DNA from: Vicugna vicugna
Lineage: Eukaryota
Direction of reading: 5' to 3'
DNA: 64,000 bases
Assembly (NCBI GenBank): GCA_013265495.1
Contig: MU057930.1
Span: forward strand, 195,599 to 259,598
The position numbers were made by a program, and so were the translations under genes. The notes under the pieces are model-generated. The model saw only the letters and a list, made by a program, of their open reading frames with translations, was not told where the DNA came from and searched no databases. Below are positions 12,012-25,193 of the stretch, piece after piece (the first letter of the stretch is position 1; each line of letters starts with the position of its first letter).

Positions 12012-15000
12012 GCGTGGGCGCCCACCGGGAGCCCCCTCCCGTCTTCCCCAGGCACCCCCGAGACCCCGTCTCTTCCATCTCCATCACGACGTTGTCTCTT
12101 GCTTCTCCCGGGGGGCCCGGCCGGTCCCTCCTCTCCCTTCCCCTGATTTTCAGTCTCAGTCCTTTCCTGAGGTGTGTGTCTATTCCCCATGTCTGTGTCT
12201 GCACCCGCCACCTGCACAGCTAGACCCTGTCTGTCTGTGAGCAGGTGTGGCAGGTGCCCGTGCGGACCTGCCTGTGTGTGTCTGTCTGTGTCTGACCCCG
12301 ACACCTGCACACCGGTGCTTACACGCACCCACCTGTGCGTCTCTGCTCGTATGTACAACGGCGCCTGCACGTTCACGTGCGTGCATTTCTCTGTAGCCAG
12401 GTCTCTCTGCACGTCTGTACCTTAACCTGACCTCTCTATAAATATTTATAACTAACCAGGCGGCTTCACCTACAAACCCTAAGTAAAACTACCCCTACAC
12501 GGCACCTATGTGCACGTATGTCTCTGCTTTCTCATATGGCTGTGCCTACGGCTGCACCTGCATTTCATTTATACCTATGTGCCTGCAGCCCTATGTTCAC
12601 CTGCGTCTATGTACGTACATGTGAAATCTTAACGTGTGCTTGTGGGATTGATGCCTTTCATGATGCGAAAAATGCGGAAGAGATTTCAACCAATGCACAC
12701 AGTCTTTCTCGTCTTGTGTCATTTAAAAAATTTAATTTTCTTTCATTCTTTAAAAGCTCCCCCCCCCTTTTTTTTCAGGGACACTGAATTGCAAGTGGCT
12801 TCTGTCTCAGTCAAGGGAGACCTTCCATTCAGTTGTTTCCCTGCTGGGATCGCCAACCGCTTTGAGGATCTTGATGGGAACCGCGGACGGCGGCTGGCTC
12901 CCCCGCCTCCTCGGTGCCTCCATAAAGTCACGTGCCTGTTGGTCTCCTACCTGTTGATACTTGAACGGGGTATTACCTTTATTTTAAAATCTTTTTACCA
13001 GTTTGTGAAGGCGTAATTTTTTAAAATAAAAAATAATAAATTAAAACATAAAGGAACTCGCTACTAACAGCCACCGCGACACGGCAGAACGTCAGAAGCA
13101 TTCCGTTAACAGAAAGAAGCCAGCGTCAAAACGTTGCACAGGGCACTTACCTTTCTGCACGCAAGAATAATGCAACTTCTAAAGCCCTTACAATAATGCA
13201 AAGCTTGGCATAGAATGAACTGAAACTCAGTGTAATATTCTCTGCTGGGCAATGTTCACATCTTTTGCTCCAAATAGAAGGAATCTTTGTATCTGCCTTC
13301 TCCCCACGCCCCCCACTTTTTTTTTTAAATACCAAAAGCAAAGGGCAGGTGTGATTTAAAACCTCTTGAATTCCTCCGTTAGTGGCATCTTGGTCCCCTC
13401 AGCCATCGTTTTTGGCGTTTCCTCGCACCTGTCTGATTCCCCCCTCTCCCCCACCGAGGCTGTTTTTCTCCTATTTAACTTGCTGGCGCTTTAGGAATTT
13501 TTATTTTGTGAGGATTGATCCCTTTGGAGCTCCACTCCCCACCCGCACCCTCCCCCGCAGGGAGTCCAGCCTTTTCAACCACTGTGCCCGCCGCCCTGGG
13601 GGTGGGGTTGTTCTGAGCCGGGTTCTCGGGAGGGGTCCCGCCTTTGCGTCGGGCGAGCCTGCCTCTGGCTGCATCTCAGACCTGCTCCTGTCTTCCTGTG
13701 GCAATTTTCCACAAGGCTTCTTTTTTGTTTTGTTTTCGGGCTGTGACACCTTCCTCTTCAAGTCAGCCTCTTAAAAAATTTTTATTTTTGGTAGATCGAA
13801 AAGACAGCAGTGCCCACAAAGCTGGGAAACTGGTTTGCCTCTGGATAAATATTTGGCCTGAATCCACACAAGATACAAGTGTGTGTTTTTTTTCTCATTT
13901 ATTTTTTTACACTCGTGCAATTCTTTTTTTTTTCTTTTCTTCTTCTTCCTTTTTTTTTNNNNNNNNNNNTTTTTCTACTTATGCCCTTGGGTGCTGGAAA
14001 TGGCAGCGCATTCATTCCACGGGCTGTCATCTTGGTTTTTTTTTAATTCTCAGCCACCTGCGTCCCTACTGCTGGACAAGCCTGCCTTCCTAGCTCCTGG
14101 CCGTGGACGAATCCAACCTCAGGGAAAATTAAACAGTGCTCACCGTGGGTTGGGCCTTGAGACACGGCCACTCAAACATCACTGAAAGTTCAAGCAGGCT
14201 GACTGCTCTTCCATCTGGCCATTTGCAGTCAACCGCTCAGAGTTGGGGAGATCACAAAACAAAAAATAAAACATGCACTCATCCTGGAGGCTTTGATTTT
14301 AGCACGGCGGAGAGGTTCCTACAGGGGAGCAGGAATGAGGGGTTTTCTGGTGCTGGGCGGTCTCCCAGGTGGCCCCTCCTGACTCCCGTCTGCTAATATT
14401 CAGGTGCCCATGTCATCCTCATGCCAGGCGTGTGGGTCGGACACGTCCCTTTCGTCTCTGGCAGAGAAGAGCGCAAAGCTTCTTGGATGTCGCTGCCACG
14501 CGTGTGTGGCTCAGCACCGCAATTTCTCTCTCGCTGGCCGAGTCTTTTCTTTGCTGGTTCTGATGGAAGCCAGGTGCCCGGCTCTGAGATGCCCAGCACA
14601 GCCTTGGAAGCACGGAACCGGCCCCTCCCGCCGTCGCAGAGGGAGACACCAGCCCCGGCTGAGATGTTTACAGTCGGGAGCATGGGACTCAGCTAACGTG
14701 GGCCTGGATTCCTGACTCCCGGGAACTGTGAGATGAGACGTGTGGGTCCATGAAGCCTCTGATTTCACGGGCAGGGGCCATGTGTTTTGCAGCAAGAGGG
14801 AACTAACCCCAAAATACAGTACAGATGCATACTCGGTGTTTCCAATCAGGTTGTGTTGTATCGTCTGCAGGATTCACTCTTCCCAAAGGAACGGAGCTTC
14901 CGGCCGAGAGATCTTTGCAGGAGGCCAGCCCTCTCCACGGCAGCCGTATCCAAAGATTCATGGGGGGACGTTCCAGACCCCAGAGTGTGAGGCAAACCCT

Positions 15001-15520
15001 TACATCAACTATGATGTTGTTCCCTCTGCCTTGGTCTATTATTGAAAAAAAAAAAAAAAAAAAAAAATTATAAACCAATTATACTTAAAAAAATTTTTTA
15101 AAAAATGAGTCTCAGGAAATTGGACCCCCTTCTTTCTGGATTTGCCAACAGACATACCTCAAGATGTGGGTGTCAGGGGATGTCCTGACCCAGCCTTGAT
15201 GATGGAGAATCCTTGCTCATGGCCGTGGAGTCTGTGCGCCCTCCTTACCTCCCCGCCCAGGAAGACACAGATTTCTCCGCAGCAGGGAAGCTGAATTTGG
15301 CATCCCATTAGCACTCACGGGTAGGGTGTTTTCGGTCCTTAGTTTAAAAATGTTATGCAGAAGGGATGGTCTGTTTTGTAAGTGGTAAAAAAAAACTGTG
15401 CGCGCGCGCGCACACACACACACACACACACAGAGAAAGTGTGATGCTTTAACCGTAGGTGTTAGAGGATTCGGTCAAGTGTCAGCTCAGCCCACCTGTG
15501 TCCAGATCAAGGGGAAGGGG

Positions 15521-16408
15521 NNNNNNNNNNNNNNNNNNNNNNNNNNNNNNNNNNNNNNNNNNNNNNNNNNNNNNNNNNNNNNNNNNNNNNNNNNNNNNNN
15601 NNNNNNNNNNNNNNNNNNNNNNNNNNNNNNNNNNNNNNNNNNNNNNNNNNNNNNNNNNNNNNNNNNNNNNNNNNNNNNNNNNNNNNNNNNNNNNNNNNNN
15701 NNNNNNNNNNNNNNNNNNNNNNNNNNNNNNNNNNNNNNNNNNNNNNNNNNNNNNNNNNNNNNNNNNNNNNNNNNNNNNNNNNNNNNNNNNNNNNNNNNNN
15801 NNNNNNNNNNNNNNNNNNNNNNNNNNNNNNNNNNNNNNNNNNNNNNNNNNNNNNNNNNNNNNNNNNNNNNNNNNNNNNNNNNNNNNNNNNNNNNNNNNNN
15901 NNNNNNNNNNNNNNNNNNNNNNNNNNNNNNNNNNNNNNNNNNNNNNNNNNNNNNNNNNNNNNNNNNNNNNNNNNNNNNNNNNNNNNNNNNNNNNNNNNNN
16001 NNNNNNNNNNNNNNNNNNNNNNNNNNNNNNNNNNNNNNNNNNNNNNNNNNNNNNNNNNNNNNNNNNNNNNNNNNNNNNNNNNNNNNNNNNNNNNNNNNNN
16101 NNNNNNNNNNNNNNNNNNNNNNNNNNNNNNNNNNNNNNNNNNNNNNNNNNNNNNNNNNNNNNNNNNNNNNNNNNNNNNNNNNNNNNNNNNNNNNNNNNNN
16201 NNNNNNNNNNNNNNNNNNNNNNNNNNNNNNNNNNNNNNNNNNNNNNNNNNNNNNNNNNNNNNNNNNNNNNNNNNNNNNNNNNNNNNNNNNNNNNNNNNNN
16301 NNNNNNNNNNNNNNNNNNNNNNNNNNNNNNNNNNNNNNNNNNNNNNNNNNNNNNNNNNNNNNNNNNNNNNNNNNNNNNNNNNNNNNNNNNNNNNNNNNNN
16401 NNNNNNNN
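15521..16408. other. Assembly gap (N run)
   Basis: N bases; smaller gaps at 13959-13969 and 29910-29944. Confidence 1.
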
Positions 16409-18680
16409 TGTTTCCATGTCTCGGCTGCTGTAAATAGTGCTGCTGTGAACACTGGGGTGCAGGTGTCATTTTGAAGTAGGGTTCCTATGCCCAGGAGCGG
16501 GATTCCTGGGTCACATGGTAAGTCTATTCCTAGACCGCAAATCTATCTTTTTCTTTTCCTGAGTTTGTTTGTTCAAGTGTGAACTGACCCTCAACACTGT
16601 GTTAGTTCCCGTTCCACAACAGAGTGATCCGGTGTTTCTAAACTCTGGTCCACTTTCTAACCTGCCCAGCTATAACCATTGCTCACATGTTCCTGGGTTT
16701 CTGAAATGACAATTTTGTTGGTGAAGGATCACCCCGAAACTGGTTGATTTAATTTCACCTGCCTCATTCACCAACTTCAATCCCCATCGATTAATTAGAC
16801 AGACACCTAGTGTTCCTCCAGATCAGTAAAAATCCATCTGTGGGACTACGTCAGGGCACGAATGTCTGTAGTCAGCATACATGTCTGCTTCAAACATTGA
16901 AAAAAAACTCTCTCCAAGCTGTGTTTCTAACTCAGGGCTTTTCTTTCACTCCTAACCTACGGTTTGAAATGAATTAACAACTCTTGATACCAAATTTGAT
17001 CCAACTTAAATACATTATGCATGAAATGCATGTCCGTGCCTCCATTCCTCCGAAAATATTTTGGGATTGGAAATTGTACATTGACTCCAAATGTTTACCC
17101 AAATGCATTCGTTTGTAGCTGAAAGATTTTTCGTGGCCAGAAAACAAACAAAAAAATTTTTTGGAAATAGACCAGTCCACCCACTGCAAGAGCGCTGTGT
17201 TGGCGTGATAAGGCATTCAGGCGTTTGCAAAACATTTTTATCCTTTCAGAGACGGGAAAATTGGCAACTGTACCCGCGTGACATTTTGCACATGGAAATG
17301 TTCTCAGTTGAGAGCCTCCTGGATGGAGACTCTGGATTGAGATTCTAATGCCTCTCCTGATGGCGCTGGGCTGACCCTTCCTAAACCCCCTGCCAAGATG
17401 TCACGGATTCCGTGGGACGCCCTCCGGTGTCTCCAGAAGCTGCTAATCACCTAGGTTTCTCCTATGTGCATTCCCCTTCGAACAGCGGTCCATCCTTTCA
17501 ATAAGAGTCTTTTTTCCTCCAACGTGTGCATTCCACCCAGTTTTCCCTTCCCTCCCCGGGGGGCGCCTGGGTGTGTCGTGGCCGTGTTGGGAGACGTGAG
17601 GGAGAAAGTTCGAACCGGGCTGCACGGAGCTCCCGCCTGGGGCTGGACGGAGCCGCCGGCCAGCTGCGCAGGGAAGCCGTGCAGGTGCTGGGCCCCGGGG
17701 CTGCGTGTGTCCACATAATACAGTGGGGACGTTGGAGGGAGGTTCAACACTGCCTGGAAAGGTTCTCTGAGGCCAAGCAGGCAGTTTCATGTGAGCTTCC
17801 CCGAGGGCTACATGCCAGTGTGTACAAGGAAATCAAAGCAAAAAGTCGGGGGACTGAGGCCGGCCTCACACTGGGTCCACCTTCGTCCAAAACTCACAGA
17901 GGTGCTCCATCCTCAACCAGGAGCGTGCATGGGCCACCCGGATCCCACACAGTGTCTCAGCTCCCTTGTAAAGCTCTTCTCCCTGGTGGAAAATGTGTCA
18001 TTTTTTAAAAAGTCTATAACACGTTTATCTGGTCAAACAGATGCATAAGCTAATTATGTGAAAAAAATGCTGTCCAAACCGAAATTGTTTTCAATTGGAC
18101 ACACATAGGGAAGGTTTGTGCAAGATTACCAAAAAAAAAAAAAAGGCACTTAGTTTGATATGGGAATTCAGACGTCCTACCAGACAGCAGGAAAATAAAT
18201 TCAGAAAAAGAAATTGCATTTGCACGGTTCTGAGTCGCGCGGGCTCTGTGCTTAGGAGGAAGCCGCGGTAACACACGCGCTAAGTGCGGCATTTTAGAAA
18301 GAGACGGATGTTCCTCTGTTCGATGTTTGAACGTATGTTGATTTTGCAGCTGTTGCAAACAACGTCTGCAAATTTAAAAAAGAAGTGTGTATTCATAGAA
18401 CGCAGGTCTAAGAGTCCTGTGCGCTGTGTGGTCCTACGTGAGGACGTAGCAGAGCGAGAAACAGCCAAACTACATCCTGGTTCAGCAGTGGCTTCCACAC
18501 GCCTTTCACGTGACCCGAGAGAGTCCTCTTTCTCTCTGTCCTGGAGTTGAGTGCTTTCCAAACTGTGCTGAGCAATTCCTTCTAACATAGGATGCTCATT
18601 GCAATGCCCGCATGGAGTAGACAGGGGATCTGGGACCCAAACATGTGGGAAACACTGGGTGACAAAAAGTGAGATGTTTG

Positions 18681-18777
18681 GGGGAGTGAGGGAAGGTAGA
18701 GCTCAGGGGTAGAGTGTGTGCTTAGTATGCACGAGGTCCTGGGTTCAATCGCCAGTTCCTCCGTCAAACAGAAAAAG
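18681..18777 (+). mobile_element. tRNA-Ala-derived SINE (short form)
   Basis: agctcaggggtagagtgtgtgcttagtatgcacgaggtcctgggttcaatc. Confidence 0.75.
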
Positions 18778-18989
18778 GAGAGGAGCTGTTTGTTTCAGCA
18801 AGATTTCTCTGTCTTTGATTTGCGCACGTGCAACAAAATCTTTCCCGGAGAGGAGAGACGGTCGTGTCATCGTCAGCTTTCCCCGGTGGGCTTCCCTGCA
18901 GGACTGTTTCTGGCTGGGGTCACTTATGAGCATATTTCAGTGCAATAGGTTTGCAGGGAATAGATGCACTAAAATCCTAAGCTCCTTAC

Positions 18990-19113
18990 CTGGTACACGA
19001 ATAATACCATTCACGTAGCGTTAGCTAGGTGCTCCTGCGACAGCACTGGACAGGAGGGCACTGCCTTCTCCAAGGAGGTGGAGGCAGAGCATGGACAGGC
19101 CATGTGCCCTGAG
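18990..19113 (-). pseudogene. 124-nt exon of MGA-like relic with one in-frame stop
   Basis: tttttcag|...ccag|gtaagg. LRAHGLSMLCLHLLGEGSALLSSAVAGAPS*RYVNGIIRVP splices in frame to the exon starting 18581. Confidence 0.6.
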
Positions 19114-19133
19114 CTGAAAAAATTAGATTTATA

Positions 19134-19331
19134 TTAGATAGATAGATTAGGTAGATAGATGATAGATAGATAGACAGATAAAGATGGATGGATAGATGGA
19201 TAGATACATACATAGATAAATAGACAAATAGATAACACATACAAATTGATTAGATAGATGGACAGATAGATAAAAGATAGATGATGGATGGATGGATGGA
19301 TGGATGGATAGATAGAATGGATGGATGGATG

Positions 19332-19377
<46 letters not shown>

Positions 19378-19490
19378 ATGGATGGATAGATAGATAGAGA
19401 GATACATTAGATGAATGGATAGATAGATAAGATGGATGGATGGATGGATATGGATGGATAGATAGAGATGATAGGTAGGTAACAGACAGA
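19134..19490. repeat. (GATA/GATG)n array
   Basis: Directly visible. Confidence 0.95.
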
Positions 19491-20136
19491 TTAATAGTTA
19501 CTTTTTCACATGTTACAGCTTGAGTTAACAAAATTGGCATTTTTCCTTAGCCAATGGCTTTCTCTTCTTCCTCCAAGAAAATCTTGCCTCTAGAGCAAGG
19601 TCTTTACAACTTTCCAGAAGTTCCTTCCTTCCTTCCTTCTTTCCTTCCGTCTTTCCTTCATCTTAAATGGGTTCAATGACACGAGGTCTATACCTTTTGC
19701 AAAGATTAAAAACCACCATGCTCCAGGGAAGACGGCCAATGTTTAACAATAATTATGAATGGAGTGTACCATTGAAAACCTGTGAATCACTCTGTTAGAC
19801 ACCTGAATCGTATACACGTCTGTGTATAAAGTGTTCTTCAATTAAAAAAAAAATATCCACCATGCTGAAAAAGCACCTTCAACCTTGTAGCTCAAAGTGG
19901 GGTCCCTGGACGAGCAAGTGGCATCAGCCGGTTAGCAACGTGGTGTCGCGGCCTCAGCCTGACCAGCGGAAGCTGACTCTGTGGTTCGCGAGACCCCGTG
20001 GTGATTGACTTTAGAAGGGTGCTTGTACTGACCCGCCATATTTTAAGACGTGGACCAGTGTCCCGGGGCTGTTGCAACAAGATGCCACCAACTTCGTGGC
20101 TTAAAACAGAGCCGGTGTCTTCTCTTGTGGTTCTAG

Positions 20137-20825
20137 GGAAATCTCTGTTTATGTCCTCTGCCCATTTTTTGATGGAGTGGTTTATTTTTTGGATATTGAG
20201 TTGAAGGAGCTGTATGTGTATTTTGGAAACTAAGCCCTTGGCGGGCGCATCGTTAGCAAATATTTTCCCTGAATCTGTATGTTGTCTTATCACTTTGCTG
20301 GCAGTCTCCTTTGCTGTGGAAAAAAACATAAAGGTTTGATTAAGTCCCTCTCATTTGTTTATTTTTGTTTTAGTTTCTTTTGACTTGGGAGACTGCCTAA
20401 GACAACGTTGGTATGATTATGTCAATGCTTTGCCTATGTTTTCCTCTACGAGATTCATGGTGTCTTGTCTTACGTTTAAGTCCTGAAGCCATTTTGAGGG
20501 TCCTTTTGTGTGTGGTGTGTGTTCTAACGTCACGGATTTACAGGCAGCTGTCCAGCTTTCCAGACACCGAAGAGGCTGTCTTTTCTCCATTGAATATTCT
20601 CGCCTCCTTTGGGGAAGGTTGAGTGACCATAGGCATGTGGGTTTATTTCTGTGCTGTCCATTCTGCTCCACTGATCTTTGTGTCTTGTTGTGTGCCAATA
20701 CCATGCTGTTTTGATGACCGTCGCTCTGTAGTATTGTCTGAAGTCTGGGAGGGTTATGCCTCCAGCTTCATTCTTTTTCTTCAGCATTGCTTTGGCAGTT
20801 CTGGGTCATTTGTGGGTCCATACGA
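20137..20825 (-). mobile_element. L1 ORF2 fragment (frameshifted)
   Basis: [31 protein letters not shown]...WRKDSLF and KGLVSKI...IKKWAEDINR are L1 ORF2 sequences. Confidence 0.92.
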
Positions 20826-21280
20826 ATCTCTTACAGTTCTTGAGGTCAGAAGTTAGAATTCAGCACTAACTGAAGCGTTGCCAGGGCTGGTTCCTTTGGG
20901 AGGCTCAAGTGGAGAATCCATCCCCTTCTCTCATCCAGCGTCTAGTGTTCTCTGCATCCTTGGCCCCTGGTCCCCTTCCTCCATCTTCAAAGCCAGCAAT
21001 GCAGCATCTTGACTCCTTTCAGACCTGTTTCCATCATCACGTCTCCTTGTCTGACTCTGACCCTCCCTCTGGTCTTTATAAGAAACCTGTCATGACACTG
21101 AGCCCAGCCGGATAATCCGGGGTCCTCTCCCCACTGAAGAACTCGAACCACACTTACAAAGTCCCTTGCCTCATTCACAGGTTCTAAGGGTGAGGATGAG
21201 CACATTTGAAGGACATTATTCTGTCCCCAACATGAGGATCAGGGTGTGGACATCTTTGGGGACATTATTCTATCTGCCAC
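20826..21280 (-). mobile_element. MLT1-type MaLR LTR (another piece at ~20058-20136)
   Basis: cttacagttcttgaggtcagaag, ttcaaagccagcaat, ggataatcc, acattattctg motifs. Confidence 0.7.
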
Positions 21281-21309
21281 TAGAGGAAGTATTAAAAAAA
21301 AAAGTTTCT

Positions 21310-21480
21310 TAGCCAGAAAGACAAAGAAAAATACCATATGATATTACTCATATGTGGAACGTAAAAAAAAAAAAAAGACACAAATGAACTTATTTACAAA
21401 AGAGAGACAGACTCACAGACACAGAAAATAAACGTATGGTTACCAGAGTGGAAAGGGGGTGGGAAGGGATAAATTGGGGC
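21310..21480 (+). mobile_element. L1 3' fragment
   Basis: agccagaaagacaaagaaaaataccatatg...gggataaattggg. Confidence 0.75.
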
Positions 21481-22724
21481 TTCAGATGAGATAATGATGG
21501 CCTTAGGGTGGCCTTTCAAAGCCTGCCTGACTAGCTTCACAAGAAAGCAACCTAATTTTACCCAATTCTTTCCCTTCTGTTTCTAGGTTCACTGTGCGTC
21601 CCAGAGTGTCTTGGGTGTGAATCCCCTGGGATCCGCTAATGGATGGGTTCTGGTTCAGCCGGGCTGGGTGGGACCTGAGGTTCTGCACCCCTAACCAGCT
21701 CGTGGGCAATACGAGTGCTGTCGGTCCGCGGACCCCTCCACGCTGTGGTTACTTGTGTCCACCGGCAGCAGAGAACACCCCCCCCCAGGCTGGGAATGGT
21801 AGCAAAGGGAGACCCAGTGGCTGCTAAGTTTGCTGAACTTGGGAGATGGACGTGCAGCTTGGGAACGCCCTGTCCATGACCTTTAGGTGCGAGTGACCAC
21901 CACCGGGCAATTTACCGCAGAGAACAGGAGGTGGGCACCCGAGGTGGGTCAGCTCGGAGGCACCACTGAGACCACACACAACCAACGGGGCGGCCGTGGT
22001 GAGGACTGTATCGCCTCCCTTCATGCCTGTGTGCGGCTTGCACCAGAGGAAGACACAGCCTATCTGACAAAGGGCATTTAGATCAAGCCAGAGGGCAAAA
22101 CTTACCAACGGGGGGCGGGGGGTTAGTAAATAATGGGGGAGGAGGAAGAAAGGAACTTTTAGGAAGTCCAAAAACCCATCAGTTTTAAGGAGTAATGTTA
22201 CTGTGTTGTGTACACAGCCAACAAAGATGGAAAGGAATAAAAACAATTTTTTCCATTAAATTCTGAAAGTGAGTCTTGCTCCTTTTAGAACTCAGTGTTC
22301 AAAGAGGTGGTGTCTGCATGGGGAGCTCCCTGTGGACTTTCGTGGGCAAAACCCAAAGCTCCATCCTGCACAGAGGAAAGTGCATTTCCCTGGTTGAGGG
22401 GGGTGGGGGAGCTCCAGGTCCCCACTTTAAGAAGGGAAGCCTGGAAACGGGTATCTGCCCACGTTTGCAGGCGATGCTGGAATTTCCCGGGATCTGGATG
22501 CTAAGAGGTCACCTTTCACGGACACCCTGCCTCAGCGATGTGGAACGATTCATTCAAGCCAGGATAATTGGCTATTTAAATTTATCTAGCTAGCCCTGGT
22601 CAAAGATACACGAAGTGGGCGAGGATTCTAAAAACAAAGATATTATGCTATAAAGGTGTCTTCTCTTTGGGGGAAAAAAAAAGAGAGAGACAGAAAGCAA
22701 AAAACAGGGTCTTGCGGGCATTAC

Positions 22725-23270
22725 GCAATGAGCAAGGTTTAGAATATCGAGAATTCGTCCGCATTGCAAACGTGTGTCCACACGGGCGTCTGCGTGTTAT
22801 ATCGCTCCAGGTTCCGATTTCTAGAGCAGAATATGCAGCAGTTGTCGGGAGCTGGACGGTCATGAAACAATGAACAACATTCAGCGTTGCAGCCCGCCGT
22901 GTGCAGTTTCCTGAACCTTCGGGAGAATATAATCCTTCTCTTTGGTCGTATCTATGAACCATAGCTTTTGAATTTTTATTACAACTAGACGTGCCCAGCA
23001 TTTATTCTCTGCTATCCAAAGTCATGGGAAGTCTTTGGAATCCAATTGTTTTTCTCTGGAACAAAGAGCATAGCAGAGAGAATTGTAAAGAGATGTATGC
23101 GTGTTCCACACAATATGCCTTGTGATTTCTTTGCAACAGGAACCGGGCCCCCCAACTCCATCTCCCCCTAGGGGAATATGATTCGTCCAGCGGACCTGGG
23201 AACCCAGGCCACTTCCAACCAACTCTTCCTCTTCCCTTGGATTTGTTTCTTGGTGAAACTAAGAATTGCT
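22725..23270 (-). pseudogene. Decayed exon of MGA-like relic (3' boundary uncertain; next acceptor at 22664)
   Basis: Acceptor ctcttttcag|; frames HQETNPREEEELVGSG... and ORF 22648-23001; very strong acceptor ...tttttcccccaaag| at 22664. Confidence 0.45.
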
Positions 23271-23433
23271 CTGAAAAGAGTCTGCAGAATGATCCATTCT
23301 AAGTCCACGCATTCATTCATCAGGGGTGCATTCATGCGTGAAGGGAATACTGATTACCCGGGCTGTGCCAGGTATTCAGGTACACCCACCTGTACACGGG
23401 GGTAAACATTGGGTCTTGGAGTGTAATACACAC

Positions 23434-23695
23434 ATGGATGGATAAATGGATGGATGGATAGATGGATAGATTAATGGGTGGATGGACAGATGGATGGATG
23501 AGTGCATAGTTAGGTAGATAGATGATGGGTGGATGGGTGAATGGATAGATTAATGCATAGATCAATGGTTGGATGGATACATGAATGGATGGATAGATGG
23601 ATAGATTAGTGGGTAGATGGATGGATGGATGGATGAATGAATGGATGGATGGATGGATAGATGGATAGATTAATGAGTGGATGGAAAGATGGAAG
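23434..23695. repeat. (GGAT/GATA)n array
   Basis: Directly visible. Confidence 0.9.
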
Positions 23696-24551
23696 ATTCT
23701 CAAGTTTCTGACTTATTGCCAGCCCTTTTTCTATCCTGCAGGGTGTCTGCTGGTCCCAGAGGGACAGGATGGATGGTCCTATGCAGAGAGTATGAGCTCA
23801 AATGGCGCTGTCAGCAGCCCCCGGTTCCAGCTGTGTTACCTTGGGCACACAACATAACCTCTCTGCTCCTCCGTTATCACATCTTTAAAGCAGAGTGACC
23901 TGTCGTGCCCACTTCCCTAGATTGTCATGGGTTTGTTTTTTTTGTGAGAAAATCTGGGTCTACCTGGCACAGTGAGAGCTGAGTACATGTTGCTACAACC
24001 GAGAGAGTGAACATTAGATGTGACCCCTCAAAGGTACATGAGGACGTTGCCTTCCAGAGCCTCCCAAACAGGGTAAGTCCTTCTCCAACTGAAAACTCTG
24101 TCAACGCCTCATCTTAAATTCACATCTCTCGTAATAGGAGCCCACCACAATCCCGCATGAAACGCGAGAAGAACCGTGAGCCGTTCCCGCTCATAAGCAA
24201 GTGAGGACGTCATGGGGAAGGCACGCACGGCTCCCGCAGCAGGAGATGCGGGGTCTCTGAGTCGCGCCACTCCGGGCTTGCGCCACGTGGACCACATGAG
24301 CCTCACCCACCAGCTCCCCAGCCCAACAGAAGATCCAGGACGCCGCTCCCGCACGGGCAGGGCTGGGAAGGAGTCAGCGAGGCGCCCTGCACCCTGGCCG
24401 TGACGCTGGCCTGATGGCACATCTCTTCCTTGCTCCGTGTCCCCACGGAAGCTGTGCTAAGCGGGGAAGTCTATGCCAGACTATGCCGAAAGCGGGTCAG
24501 CCTGCTTCTCCCTTATGTCTTCCCTCAACACGGAGCTTTTTCGAAACGTAC

Positions 24552-25193
24552 CAATAGCCTTGATCTTAAACATTTTTTTTTTCGTCCAAACTACCCATAT
24601 GGACACCAAGCATGCAACAAAAATGGCCATAATAATTCTCTCCCTTTGGACTGAAACTTTTTGGCCGGGATACTGAATAGGCTATAATCCGTGGACACAG
24701 GGGTCCCCAAAACTGAGAGTTTCTCATTGGGGCTGCTTGTGGATGGGGTCAGTCTCTGTGAACCCCCCGATAACTTGGGGCGGGGGACTCGGGTCGAAGG
24801 AAAGTGTGAATTTTCCATAGAGTCTTCGTGGGATTGTCCGAGAAACCTGTCTTCCCATTTTATCCCAATCTCACCTCTCTTTTCAAAGGGCATTCAGAGT
24901 TTTAGACATGGTGCAAGGTCTTTCTCTCTCTGTGTCTCTATTCCTTCCGAAACATAACAAGGTTTTAAAGACCAGTGTAAACTGTTATCTTGCGAGCTAG
25001 CCTTCCAGGATTAACGGACAGCTGGCGACTTAATTAGACCATGCTGCACCCTGGGTTTCCGCAAGGTGCACGCTTCAAGTCGCATACAACTGTTTTTTTT
25101 TTTTTCCTTCCTCTGATGCTGTTCCTGGGTGAACTTAGAATATTCAGAAGAACGCTGACTGGCTAAGTGACCCACACCCATCAGCTCCCCGAT
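24552..25193 (-). pseudogene. Decayed exon of MGA-like relic
   Basis: Acceptor ctcttacag|, donor ttg|gtacgt; long frame (includes ORF 24591-24893) with a few stops. Confidence 0.5.
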
